64,000 nucleotides of DNA from Octopus sinensis (GCF_006345805.1 NC_042997.1:132866001-132930000), one strand, 5' to 3'. Positions 28,735-41,100 are shown, numbered from the stretch's first letter. Made by a program: numbers and translations. The notes: generated by a model from the letters alone, not told the origin.

Positions 28735-29071
28735 TGTTTCACCCGTGTTCTTTATTGATGAACAAAAGCATTCCATCATGAAAAAAAAAACGTTTTCTTC
28801 AGGGGAATAAAGAGTAAAATTTAACATTTAGAACTTCTCACAAAATAGAATATAGTGCAAGTCGACCCTAACAACTGGGATACAACTGGGTTACTCTCAT
28901 AGAAAGTTACTCTCCCAGCTGTAACCTTGTTTGTAGGGTCAACTTGCATTATGTCCTATTTTGTAAGAAATTCGGTGTGTTGAATTTTGCTCTTCATTCA
29001 TCTGCAGTAAACGGGGTAATTTTTTTGTATGATGTAACGCTGTTCATCTATAAAGAAAACGGTTGAAACAA
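28735..29071. repeat. Diverged foldback element, ~140-bp arms (28735-28871 vs 28934-29071)
   Basis: CACAAAATAGAATATAGTGCAAGTCGACCCTA vs TAGGGTCAACTTGCATTATGTCCTATTTTGTAAG. Confidence 0.6.
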
Positions 29072-29348
29072 CAATAGTGAAACTTAATCCATATGTATTA
29101 TTGTTTATTCTTCACCAAACTGCGAATATTCCACGCGTTTGGATCTGTAGCCTATAGTCCACTGTGGAATACGTGCAGTGGCTGTACCCCTGTGTGACAT
29201 TGAATAAACGTTGTGTATTCTGTCAGGAATTGTGACTGTGTGCATAACTGGAATGACAAGTCTATATTTAGTTAAGTAATTACGTATATGTCAGCACACG
29301 TTAGAGCACTGGTGCGCTATCCTGCTGCTTTTATATTCAATATACTTG

Positions 29349-29740
29349 AAGGCGGCGAGCTGGCAGAAACGTTAACACGCCGGGCGAAATGCTTAGCGGT
29401 ATTTTGTCTGTCTTTACGTTCTGAGATCAAATTCCGCCGAGGTCGGCTTTACCTTTCATCCTTTCGGAGTCGATAAATTAAGTACCAGTTACGCACTGGA
29501 ATCGATATAATCGACTTAATCTGTTTGTCTGCCCTTGTTCGTCCCCTCTGTGGGTAGTAAAGAAATAGGTATTTCCTCTGCTGCCACGTTCTAAGTTCAA
29601 ATTCCGCCGAGGTCGACTTTGCCATTCATCCTTTCGGGGTCGATTAAATAAGTACCAGTTACGCACTGGAAATGATATACTCGACTGGTCCCCTCCCCCA
29701 AAATTTCGAGTCTTGTGTCTAGAGTAGAAAAGAATATTTG
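29349..29740 (+). mobile_element. SINE family B, head plus duplicated body
   Basis: Second body begins after AAGAAATAG at 29569. Confidence 0.85.
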
Positions 29741-29814
29741 AATACCTCATTCTATCGGACCCTGAAGATTTTAAGATATATATATATATATTATTAGGCA
29801 CACTTGCTTGTCCC

Positions 29815-30478
29815 TCCTAAAGGTTACTATATACGGCCTTCAGTGCTTTAATAGCTTGTCTGTCTAGCAGTCAAAACCGGTGTATGTTGGTACAAAGTAT
29901 CCGTAGCCTGATTTCCATACTTACGGCATAATAGGCAGAGGCGGTTTTGAGATACCTTCTCGTATCTACATCTGTATTCTTTCTACGCTAGACTTTCACA
30001 AACACTAACAATGTGAGTCACGCTTTCAACCCTCTTCCCTCACATTCTGCAGAGGTCCGTTGGTATATATTGTTTTTCACTGAGCTGCTATTCAATGCCT
30101 GGTCCAGGTCAGTGATGATTAGGCTTTCAGTATTATTTTTTGGGTCACCCTTGTTGAGCCACCTCTATGATGTTTCCTAGTCTTTTAATTTGTTAGTTTC
30201 ACTGTGGACCTGACCATATAATTCCATGCGAAATAGGGTTTCTTCTCTCTCGTTAGCTGTTCTTGATCGGAATTCATGGGCACTCTCAAGTCTATTTTTG
30301 TTAAATCCTTCTGCATTAGCAGCATACTGTAGGAAGTCTTGTTTGCTGTTTATCAAATACTATACCATGTTTCTTCTTTCACTGTTGATGCTCTCCGTAC
30401 GCTAATCCTCCCCCGTCAAACTTTACCCCTCTTAATATAGAGCCTGTGTACATAAGCCTTAGGGTGGAAGGCACCATA
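29815..30478 (-). mobile_element. Old degenerate R4/Dong-type LINE fragment
   Basis: Manual translation across frameshifts: GAFHPKAYVHRLYIKR (HPKxDVxRLY motif), WLNKGDPKNNTESLI, LCRMCGKRVESVTHIVSVC knuckle. Confidence 0.65.
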
Positions 30479-30479
30479 C

Positions 30480-33002
30480 ATTATTATTATTATTATTATT
30501 ATTATTCTATGTTTGACTTTTGCTTTATATTTGTACAAGTTGGCTCCAAGTCTCACCCAGAGACCTCAAGAGACAACAGGGTTGGAAGTTCATGTTGTTG
30601 TTATGCCTAGTGTGCATAGTTAGGTAGCTATCAGCCCCTTTTGCTATCATTCCCAGGGCACCTATGACAACAGGTATTGTTTTAGTCTTCAGCTTCCACA
30701 TTTTGCTGATTTCTATTTCAAGATCTTTATATTTGCTCAGTTTTTGGTAGGTCTTGACAGATACGTTTATATCGATTGGGACAGTCATATCAATGAGGAG
30801 GCATGTTCTTTGTTTGAAGTCTTTCAATATGATGTCTGGCCTATTTGCATCTATCTTCCTGTCAGTTTGAATGGTGAAGTTCCAGAGGAGTGAGATGTGA
30901 TCATTTGCAAGCACTGGGGGTGGTTTGTGTTCCCACCAGTTTTTTTCATGGGGCAAATCCAGGTTTTTACATATTACCCAGTGAATATATTGTGCAGCTC
31001 TATCGTGCCTGTTGAGATACTCTGTAGGCGCTAGAAGACTGCACTTGGAGACCACATGGTCAATGGTTTCATTTTGTTGCTTGCATACACGACACGTTGG
31101 ACTGCTTCTGATCTTTAATATGTTGGCCTGGTAGTTTCTTGTTGGTAGGAATTGATCTTGAGCTGCTATGATAAACCCCTCTGTTTCAGATTTTAAGCCA
31201 GAGGCCATTAGCCATTGATGGGTCAGGGCTTTGGGTATTTGCCATAGAGAGGTTTTTCTTGCCATTTATTATTCAGAATATCTAAGGCCGCAGTTTTGGC
31301 ACGGGTTTTCTTTGGGAGTAGGTAAGTAATACCACTTGCTAACCATTCAGGTGTTTTCTTTGGGTCTCTCATAATTCCATTGAGCAGCTGAACTAGCTTA
31401 CCGTGTGCGCATGGGAGCGATGCGAGCCAGAAATTCGGCACCCTATCTTTACCAGGGGATTTCCAATTATGGGCCTTCGTGAGTGCCTTTCTTAGGTCTG
31501 CTATTGTGATGTCTTCCCATGCTTGTTGTAAATTTTGGTAGGATCCTTCAATTTGTATAATCCAGTCTGCATTTATGTTGTACGTCTTCTTGTCACTCCA
31601 AATCCTTTTCCAAAAGTTTTGAACTTCTTCCATGGGAGGGGGGGTCTTTAACGGTTACTTTCTCCTTCCCTATTTCTCTGTAGAATTTTTTGGCATTGGA
31701 TGTGAACAGCTTATTTTGCTTGTAAAACTTGTTTCTCTTCTCAAATCTTCGTATTCTTTGGGCTTTTGCTTGGACTTTTTGTTTCAGCGTTTCTTTTATT
31801 GATATCAGTTCTTCTCTTGGTGAGGATCCAAATTTTCTCTTCATCTTTCTTCCTGTTCTGGATCTTACATCATTTCCACATATTAGTTCATTTAATATTG
31901 ATATTTCCCATCTCATAAATTTAATCTCCTTTTCAATTTTACTTCTCCAGGTTTGATTTCTTCCCAGGTTTGGTTTTCTTTGTTTTTTCGGGGGCATACA
32001 GCTGGTTTCAATTGTCCTAGCAGAAGCGTAAATAATTTCATTTAACTCAGTAAAATCAGGTTTTAATTCTTGTATTATTTCATTTGTTACATAGTTGCCA
32101 ATTTGGATTTGTTTTTTATTTTGGTTTGTATTTGAGAGTTTATGAAGTGGTTCTCTATCATTCATACTTGTATGTCTTACAACTTCAAGCGTATTCAGGA
32201 TTTTCTGTCTTATTTCTGCCATAGACTCTCTGTGTTCTTCAGCAAATGTGAGATCTTCAGTTACTGTTGTTTTATCGTTTTCCTGGCTATCTTTAACAGG
32301 TACAATAGAATTTCTTGTATCTTCAGGCCTTTGCGTACTTTGGTCAGATGGCAGTCTTTCAATTAAGCCTCGTGGTGGGCTATACTGTTCATCTGATTCT
32401 TCATTTCCTTTGTGTCTTATATTTATGTCATTTTCCGTTGCGTGCTTGATCGCGCTTATTTCACTGTCTGTGAGTCTGTTATTTCTAAGGATATCCCTCC
32501 TCACATTTGCTAATTTGTTCTCGTCCAAATAGGGCCTACTGTCTTGATTCCGTCTTCTCCATATTCCGTCTTCTCCATATACTGTAAGAGTTTGCGGTGT
32601 GTCTCTCTTGAGATGGCCTACCTAATGCATAGTAATAAGCGTATATTACTTCTTTATACTCTTCTCGGGTCCATTTGTTCCGCTTACATTTTTCTTTCTG
32701 TGGTGGTTGTGGTTGTGAACTTGGAGGGCTCGAGTTGGGGAATTTCCCGTTCAAGTGACCATCCATGTCCGTATTCGGAGAAGAGTTTGTGCCAGTTGAT
32801 GACTTTTCGATCCCAGGCTGGCTCTTCCCTGGGGGACGCGCTTCCAGATTAACCATAGGACAAGCGATTTGGTATACTGATTTAGTTTTCCTTTTAGTTT
32901 CCAAAAACATTTTGGTGCTACGATAATGTTATCATTTTTGAGCTTTGGTTGGCTCATTGCCGTTACAATTATAATCGTACCATTATGGCAGCCGTAGTCG
33001 GC
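30480..33002 (-). mobile_element. Dong/R4-clade non-LTR retrotransposon with intact ends but RT core deleted
   Basis: ORFs 32536-32910 (KWTREEYKEVIYAYY), 31593-32528 (LKQKVQAKAQRIRRFEKR), 31223-31633 (WKSPGKD, GITYLLPK), 30525-31265 (CRVC..HVVSKC..RHD; RPDIILKD; IDMTVP); no YxDD; (TAA)n tail 30480-30506 and (TAA)n at the 5' end. Confidence 0.9.
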
Positions 33003-33076
33003 TTATTATTGTTATGTTATTATCATCACCATTATTATCACTATCATCATTATCACCACCATTACCATCATCATCT

Positions 33077-33078
<2 letters not shown>

Positions 33079-33139
<61 letters not shown>

Positions 33140-33962
33140 TATGTTTGACTTTTGCTTTATGTCTGTACAAGTTGGCTCCAAGTCTCACCCAGAGACCTCA
33201 AGAAACAACTGGTTGGAAGTTCACGTTGTTGTTATGCCTAGTGTGCCATATATTTGGGGGGGGGGGTTTGGTGTTGTACTAGTGAATGTCTAATAAATAA
33301 ATTTAAAAAAAAAATTTGTTTTAAACCTTGGGATTACATAGAAAGTATTTTGCGTAGGATATGAGCAGTTCCCATGAGCACTATCTTTTGAATTTCTGCC
33401 ATTTTGGGGTTTCCTGGTATCTGAGTTAGGTAGCAATCATCCCCTTTCGCTATCATTCCCAGGGCACCTATGACAAAAGGTATTGTTTTAGTCTTCAGCT
33501 TCCACATTTTGCTGATTTCTATTTCAAGATCTTTATATTTGCTCAGTTTTTGGTAGGTCTCGACAGATACGTTTATATCGATTGGGACAGTCATATCAAT
33601 GAGGAGGCATTTTCTTTGTCTGAAGTCTTTCAATATGATGTCTGGCCTATTTTCATCTATCTTTCTGTCAGTTTGAATGGTGAAGTTCCAGAGGAGTGAG
33701 ACGTGGTCATTTTCAAGCACTGGAGATGTATTGTGTTCCCACCAGTTTTTTTCATGGGGCAAATCCAGGTTTTTGCAAATTACCCAGTGAATATATTGTG
33801 CAGCTCTATCATGCCTGTTGAGGTACTCTGTAGGCGCTAGAAGCCTGCATTTGGAGACAACATGATCAATGGTTTCATTTTGTTGTCGGCATACACGACA
33901 TGTTGGGCTACTGCCGTTCTTTAATATGTTGGCCTGGTAGTTTCTTGTTGGTAGGCATTGAT
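33079..33962 (-). mobile_element. 5'-truncated copy of the same Dong-like family (knuckle, RLE, full 3'UTR)
   Basis: ORF 33334-33762 nearly identical to the copy A RLE and ends ...HILRKILSM; (TAA)n on both sides. Confidence 0.9.
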
Positions 33963-34474
33963 ATTATTATTATTATTATTATCATCATCATCATCATCTT
34001 GTTTATACATACATACATATATATATATATATATGCATACATAAGTATCTACGTACATACACATACACATATATGTATGCACATATATCTCACAAGGTCT
34101 GACACATCTTATGAATTAATTGGATAATTCCCTTAGAGTAGTGAGATAAGATAATTCATCACCAGTTCAGATCGGTTGGTCGGGTTCATGAAATATCCGA
34201 TCAATGAATGCCGGGGAATGTATATATACAGAGAACTGCAATAAAGAAACATGTCTGCTAGAAGTACAGAGATGTCGATACGAGGATTAACTAAATTGAA
34301 CATTAAAAAACAATATTGATGTTTCCTCGTGGACTGTTGATGTAACTGATTGTTATTCTAGTGGGAAAATATCACACTGTACGCAATATCTTTGAAAATG
34401 ACTGCAAAGACTAGTTCGAGAAGAAAGAGATACCGGCGAAGATAAACAAGTTTAAAACAAATATACTTCGAGAA

Positions 34475-34857
34475 TCTCTCTCTATATATAAACGGCAGTT
34501 TGTCTGTGCGTGTTTCTGTGTGTCTGTTTGCTTGTACCCTCACCCTGACCACGGCTTTCAACCGATTCTGATGAAACTTGACACACACATAGCCCAATGT
34601 CATAATTCAAAACTAACACAGCGAAAATTTTGAAAAGTTCCCCCAGTTCTGAAAAAAATCGATAATTCGACATGGGGTCGAGAATCAGAAACCCAAACCA
34701 CAGACCGTCTAGGGGACGCAACTCCACCTTTTTTAACTCTCAAAAAAAATTTACCATCATTTTTTCCAATTTTTTTGCTATTTTTGGCTATAACTCTCTA
34801 AAATGCTTTATAGTTATTTCCCTTACAAACCTGAGCAACGCCGGGCGATACTGCTAG
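34475..34857 (+). mobile_element. Non-autonomous Helitron
   Basis: Starts TCTCTCTCTATATATAAAC and ends CCTGAGCAACGCCGGG hairpin + CTAG; last ~70 bp shared with 25890-26401. Confidence 0.8.
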
Positions 34858-35007
34858 TATATACATAAAAACAGCCAAAAACTGTTGTTTTGTTTTCTAT
34901 TTGTGTCTTTCGTTGTTCGAAAAAATAGTTCATACTCCATGTACTCGTACTTTTTCGCTGTACACGTTTCATGACAGGTCCTGTGCCCACATATGCATAT
35001 ATATTAT

Positions 35008-35043
<36 letters not shown>

Positions 35044-35139
35044 ATATACGTATAGATGTAAGTATGTCATATAGGTATGTATATATGCATATATATTATC
35101 TATATTATTCTATGATTGAATGCCACGCATCCTCTTCCA

Positions 35140-35745
35140 AGTATGTTTTATATTAATAATTCTGATGCGCACTCTATACGATCTTTTTACACTTTCCTTT
35201 TTCTCACTCTTATTCTTTTACCGCCGCTTCTCCCACAATTCTTTCCTATTATTCTGTCACTCTCTCTCCCTCACTCCTCCTCCTTCACTCCACCCCCTTA
35301 CTCACGTGGATCCCACGTGATCATCGGCCGTCTTTCTTTCTTTCTCTCCATTGTTCCTGGAACAAGGAAGACGTGTTCTTGTTTGTCTCCTGTCCTAGCT
35401 TCATTTACGCGTTCGTCACCACAACCTCATTTAGGCTTAGCAGCCCTTCCACTTTGTTTTCACTGTTCTGTTTGTGTTACCAATTTTCACCCTCCGCAAA
35501 ATCCCAAATTTTATTTAATTTGCTTTGTGGGAACAACTGTTTGATCGAAAACGTTAAATGCTCGAAATACGAGACAAGAGAAACAGCCAACAACTGAGGA
35601 AGGGTCGTTCTTTATGTTTGTTTTATTTTCCATTTGTATCTTTCGTTGTTCGAAAGAATAGTTCATGTCCCATGTACTCATGCTTCGTACTTTTTTGTTG
35701 TACACGTTTCATGATGTCCTGTGCCCACATATGCATATATATTCG
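35140..35745 (+). mobile_element. Non-coding Penelope-type repeat (same family as 18540-19310)
   Basis: Shared CACGTGATCATCGG, CAGCC.ACAACTGA..AAGGGTCGTTCTTT and GATGTCCTGT blocks. Confidence 0.5.
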
Positions 35746-35791
35746 TATAGATGTATGTACATATACGTATGTATATATGCATATATATATA

Positions 35792-35845
<54 letters not shown>

Positions 35846-36397
35846 CATCACGAAAGATGAAACATACTCATCAGTACAAGCGTATAAGAAAATGCAAGAA
35901 AAATGTGTGAATACAGTTCATCACGGTTAAAAGTTAATACTTTAGCGATTAAGAAATATATATATTTTTAAAAACATTACAACACCTAGAATAATAAGTA
36001 CGTAAAAATATAAAGTAATATATAAATATATAGATATATAAAAAAATATATAAAAGTATATAAATATATAGGAAGCATATAAATAAGTAATATATAATAT
36101 ATAATGTAAGATAAAAGTTCATCTTTTAGAAATTGTTTTCATTAAAAATTACTTTTCAGATAAGGGAAACCTATAGTTAAAAGCCAGTGTCCAAGCAAAA
36201 AAGAAGGAACCATATTTACATTCCCTATGGCCATTTCAGGGGTACATTACTGTATTTAATGCACGTGAGAAATATACTTCCAGGAGGGGAAACCAGTACT
36301 ATGATTCCACATGACTTGGGAATGGTCTTAATCCTCTACACACACACACACACACACACACGCGCACACACCCACACACTATATATATATATATATA

Positions 36398-36892
36398 TTT
36401 TACAACTACAAATACAAATAAGGGTGTCTGAGAGACACCACCATGCCGAATTAGCAGTCAAATCCCTGACTCTAAAAACCACGTTAAATGTTCATGTCGC
36501 ACCATGAGATAAGACAGAGGGACAAAATAGAGTAGCAAAAAATATTGCTGAATAATTCAAGATCCTGGAGATCTAGATTTGCTTTAGATAAGCTTTGCCG
36601 TCATCGGTTGAATATATCAAAGCACGTAACTACAAATATATATATGCAGAACAAACGTTATACATACATATACGAACGTCCATACATATGCACGTATGTA
36701 CAAGGCCAGTTAAAGGCCAGTGCAAGGCCAGGATCTTGAATTATTCAGTAATATTTTTTGCTAGTCTATTTTGTCCCTCTGTCTTATCACATGGTGCGAT
36801 ATGAACATTTAACGTGGTTTTTAGAGTCAGGGATTTGACTGCTATTTCGGCATGGTGGTGTCTCTCAGACACCCTTATTTTTAGTTGTAAAA
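36398..36892. mobile_element. Young foldback element with ~170-bp near-identical inverted arms (36398-36568, 36728-36892)
   Basis: AAGGGTGTCTGAGAGACACCACCATGCCGAA... vs ...TTCGGCATGGTGGTGTCTCTCAGACACCCTT. Confidence 0.8.
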
Positions 36893-36934
36893 AATTATTA
36901 CCTTTGTATGGTATTTTTTCCATGCTGGCCACTT

Positions 36935-36966
36935 GATAATATCGATATTTAAATATCGATATTATC
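36935..36966. repeat. Perfect 32-bp palindrome GATAATATCGATATTTAAATATCGATATTATC
   Basis: Reads identically as its reverse complement. Confidence 0.9.
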
Positions 36967-36998
36967 CTTATTTATAAATTCATATATATATATATATG

Positions 36999-37511
36999 TT
37001 CAGCAAAATTTAGATTCAAATGAATATGGTAGTTAAGTTAGATGCAGCAGCATTTCGTATGGTGTTATCCTTATAAATCCATGGGGTGGTTATAATCCAA
37101 ATAAGCAACAATGAAAATTATGTATTAATGGAAAACCTCTATTAATGGCTGATGATTGCTCAGCATTTTAAAACTGTTGTAATACTTAAAACATTCAATA
37201 AAATGATGTAGCGTGAAACAATCGTACCAAATTACCGAATTCTTGTTGCTTATTTTGAGTATATATATATATCAAAATAAGCAACAAGGATATCCAAGGT
37301 AGAGTAGTTCAATTGTTCCATGCTACTTCATTTTATTAAACACTGTAAGTATTACATCAGTTTTAAAATTTGAACAATCTTCAGCTACATATAGAATTTT
37401 CCAATTAAACGTACAATGCACATTCACCCCATTTGATTTATATGGATAATACCATACACCATTCTGGTGCCCTTCACTTAAGTACCAAATTCATCTGAAT
37501 CTAAATTTTGC

Positions 37512-37515
<4 letters not shown>
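36999..37515. mobile_element. MITE with ~100-bp TIRs in a (TA)n context
   Basis: TTCAGCAAAATTTAGATTCA at the left end and TGAATCTAAATTTTGCTGAA at the right; internal blocks match 21617-22135. Confidence 0.75.
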
Positions 37516-37549
<34 letters not shown>

Positions 37550-38184
37550 TTTGAAGTGGTAAAGAAAATTTTATAACTAATGAATAAAGTTAAGCTAGAT
37601 TGATTCGTCGTCTTATTAGTTGCATTACATGTTACTCTTCGTAAGAGTTACAAATTACCATTGATGTGTATGCAGTTTCTGCACTAGTGGACATTTTGAT
37701 TGTTTCACTGTTGGAAGATATGATAGTAGATAGCCAGGAGTCCGATTTCCACACGAAATACACCGATTCCCAATCCTATCAAAATCAGTATTACACACAC
37801 ACACACACACGTACGCATACACATACACACATACACACATGCGCTCGAGGATTTAGGAAAATCTGGTTTGGGAACCAAGTGCTGCGCATTTAGCCCGCAA
37901 AGATGAGTTGGACTCTAAATGTGTCAAAGGCAACTAACCCAGAAAATGGAAAACTCTAATAACAAAGTCTGAAATATGTTTTTCATTGAGTTTGTGGCAA
38001 GGGTTTTGCACCAACTTTCTCCTATCAGCATTTTCAAAATGTGTGGATGTTCATACACGACCCTTCATCACTGGAAATGTTTCATCTGTGTAGGGAGTCT
38101 AATAATTATTATATAAGTTGGGTCAAAAAACGGCAGAGTCCATTATGTGTGTGTATATATATATATATATATAATATATATATA

Positions 38185-38592
38185 GGCGCAGGAGTGGGTG
38201 TGTGGTAAGTAGCTTGCTTACCAACCACGTGGTTCCGGGTTCAGTCCCACTGCGTGTCATCTTGGGCAAGTGTCTTCTACTATAACCTCGGGCCGACAAA
38301 AGCCTTGTGAGTGGACTTGCTAGACGAAAACTAAAAGAAGCCCGTCGTATATATGTATATATGTGTGTGTATGTTTGTGTGTCTGTATTTGTCCCCCTAT
38401 CATTGCTTGACAACCGATGTTGGTGTGTTTATGTCCCCGTTACTTAGCAGTTCGGCAAAAGAGACCGATAGAATAAGTACTGGGCTTACAAAGAATAAGT
38501 CCCGGGGTCGATTTGCTCGACTAAAGGCAGTGCTCCAGCATGGCTGCAGTCAAATGACTGAAACAAGTAAAAGAGTAAAAGAGTAAAGAGTA
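38185..38592 (+). mobile_element. SINE family A, full length
   Basis: GGCGCAGGAGTGGGTGTGTGGTAAG head, GTAAAAGAG tail repeats. Confidence 0.9.
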
Positions 38593-38654
38593 ATATACAT
38601 ACATACATATATATATATATATTATATATATATATATATATTATATATATATAT

Positions 38655-39065
38655 ATGATTTCCCGTACTGTATTCTCTTTTTATTTCTCGTTTGTATTTT
38701 TTTGTACACGTATTTTTATCGTGTAATTTATCTTGTATTTTACTGTGCAGTTTTATTATTACGTCCTGGTTGTGTTCTTAACCGTTTTTCACCCGGCTGC
38801 TTGGAATTTTATTTTAATTCTCTCGCAGGAAGGCCTAGTTTTACGATGTGTCCTGTCTCGCCTTCGAAACACGCTTGAGTCTAACTAGCGACAGCTGATG
38901 ACCGGGGACTTTTCCTTATTTTCTTGTTATAATTTTATGTTTTTCCCGTTTCTACGTCCTGTTGTGGTGTCCTGTACTCACGTATATTTATTTATATATG
39001 CATGTATATATATTTGTAGATGTAGGTACGTACATATATGTTTGTATGTATGCATATATTTTAAT
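38655..39065 (+). mobile_element. Penelope-type repeat homologous to 43950-44465
   Basis: Shared TTTTAATTCTCTCGCAGGAAGGCCTA...GCCTTCGAAACA...CTAGCGACAGCTGATGAC and GTCCTGTACT...GTAGATGTAGGTACGTAC. Confidence 0.55.
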
Positions 39066-39281
39066 TATTACACACACATATATATATATATATATACACA
39101 CACACATTTATTTCTCTTTTTTCGTTCTCTCCATTTTTTTTTGCCACTTACTCATTTATGTCTTAGAGTACAGGCTCGAAACATCCAAGACTTTACCGTT
39201 CTTGCCGAGCGTTAGACAAATACATCTACTTGTTGTCCTTCGTCTGTCTTCGTCTTTTGATTTCTGTAAATTTAAACTATA

Positions 39282-39324
<43 letters not shown>

Positions 39325-39539
39325 AAAATATTATCCGCGCACTCAGACACGCACATACACATATCATTGCACATATATAAGTATCATTTATTTCGTTGGT
39401 TTCTTTTTCGTTCTCTTGATCGCACTATATATTCCTGTCTATCTTTTCCCCATTCCTTTCACCTTTTCTGATTTTTAGATATTTTCCCAGCAGTAATTGT
39501 AGTTTTAGTAGAGGTGGCTTTGGCGTTGTTGGTGGTGTG

Positions 39540-39619
39540 GAGGTAGTTGTAGTATCAGTAGTAGTAGAAGTAGTAGCAGTAGTAGCAGTAGTAGTAGTCG
39601 TAGTAGTAGTCGTAGTAGT

Positions 39620-39680
<61 letters not shown>

Positions 39681-39722
39681 ACAGTAGTAGTAGTAGTAGC
39701 AGCAGCAGCAGCAGTTATTGTT
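39540..39722. repeat. (AGT)n/(AGC)n trinucleotide block
   Basis: Directly visible. Confidence 0.9.
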
Positions 39723-40673
39723 GTTGAGGCTGCAGCTGTAAGTAGAGAGTTTGCATTGGCAGTCAGATTTCCATACACACGGCACCTCCGTATTTCCGAC
39801 TAAAAAAACACAAAGCAAAGGTAAAGAAAGGAAATGAAATAATAGAATAGATGCTGTAGTCATTTAATATCACACAATCCTATTAAATTCACTTTAAATT
39901 TAAGTTTATTTCATGAGGTGGCTGTTCCACAGTTTAGTTACTTAAGTTACAGCACATGGTCTCCGATCAAATCACTTGCTAAGCAAGTACATCTCTGACA
40001 AATGTATTAAAAAAAATACCTGGGGGGGGGGGGTAAAGGAATAAATAAATAAATAAATAATAACGTATTTACTATCTAAAAAGAAATTTTCACAGGAACG
40101 AAATGTTGCTGTCTAATGTGACTAAATGTACATTCTTCTTCATACATACATGCACATTTATACACGTGAACATATGCACAAGCACGTATAGTCATATACA
40201 GATATACGCAAATGTTTTTCGCCTCGTCAGTGCGTTTTCTGAGGAGTAAGTTTAGCATCTGGTTATGTTGCTGCAAGAAAAGGAGGCAGGAAACATGAAG
40301 TGTCTCGAGCATTGACTTTTTTTGTTACTGGGTAATACAATCATCTGATTGAAATATGCATATATGTGTATATGTACATATGATTATAAATGTTTACAGA
40401 TACATAAGTACGCGCGCACACACACACACACACACATACACATGTCTTGTTGGTGACATAAGAATTTTTTTAAACTTCAAGAGAAAGAGAAATGATTCTT
40501 TTCCGTAACAGTAGCTGTCTGAGCGGATTAAGGTATAAAAATGGCATGAAAATATTGGGTTAAAACAATCAATTTTATATATCCAAAAGGGTGTTTAACC
40601 CAATATTTGCAAGATGTTATTTATAAGTCTACCTTGTTTGAGATCCACTGTTCTTCCCCTTAAGAATTTTATA

Positions 40674-40710
<37 letters not shown>

Positions 40711-40719
40711 TTCAAATCA

Positions 40720-41100
40720 GAGGGCGGCGAAATGCGTAGCCGTATTTCGCCTACCGTTACGTTCTGAGTTCAAATTCCGCCGAGGTCGACTTTGCCTTTC
40801 ATCCTTTCGGAGTCGATTAAATAAGTGCCAGTTACGCACTGGGGCGATATAATCGACTTAATCCGTTTGTCTGTCATTGTTTGTCCTCTCTGCGTTTAGC
40901 CCCTTCTGGGTAGTAAAGAAATAGGTATTTCGTCTGCCTTTACGTTCTGAGTTCAAATTCCGCCGAGGTCGACTTTGCCTTTCATCCTTTCGAGGTCGAT
41001 AAATAAAGTACCAGTTACGCACTGGGGTCGATGTAATCGACTTAATACCTATGTCTGTCCTTGTTTGTCTTCTCTATGGGCAATCAAGAAACAAGTAAGA
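40720..41100 (+). mobile_element. SINE family B, head plus duplicated body
   Basis: Bodies start at 40742 and 40925; junction AAGAAATAG|GTATTTC. Confidence 0.85.

Noticed and set aside
32930-33002. HDV-like ribozyme at the 5' end of the Dong element
   Set aside because: Only a small GCCG-acta-CGGC hairpin is visible; no P1/P2/P3 nested pseudoknot or L3 consensus could be built.
38862-38905. GAAAC...GTC...CTGATGA as a type II hammerhead (also 44222-44262)
   Set aside because: Stem I and stem II do not close in either copy.
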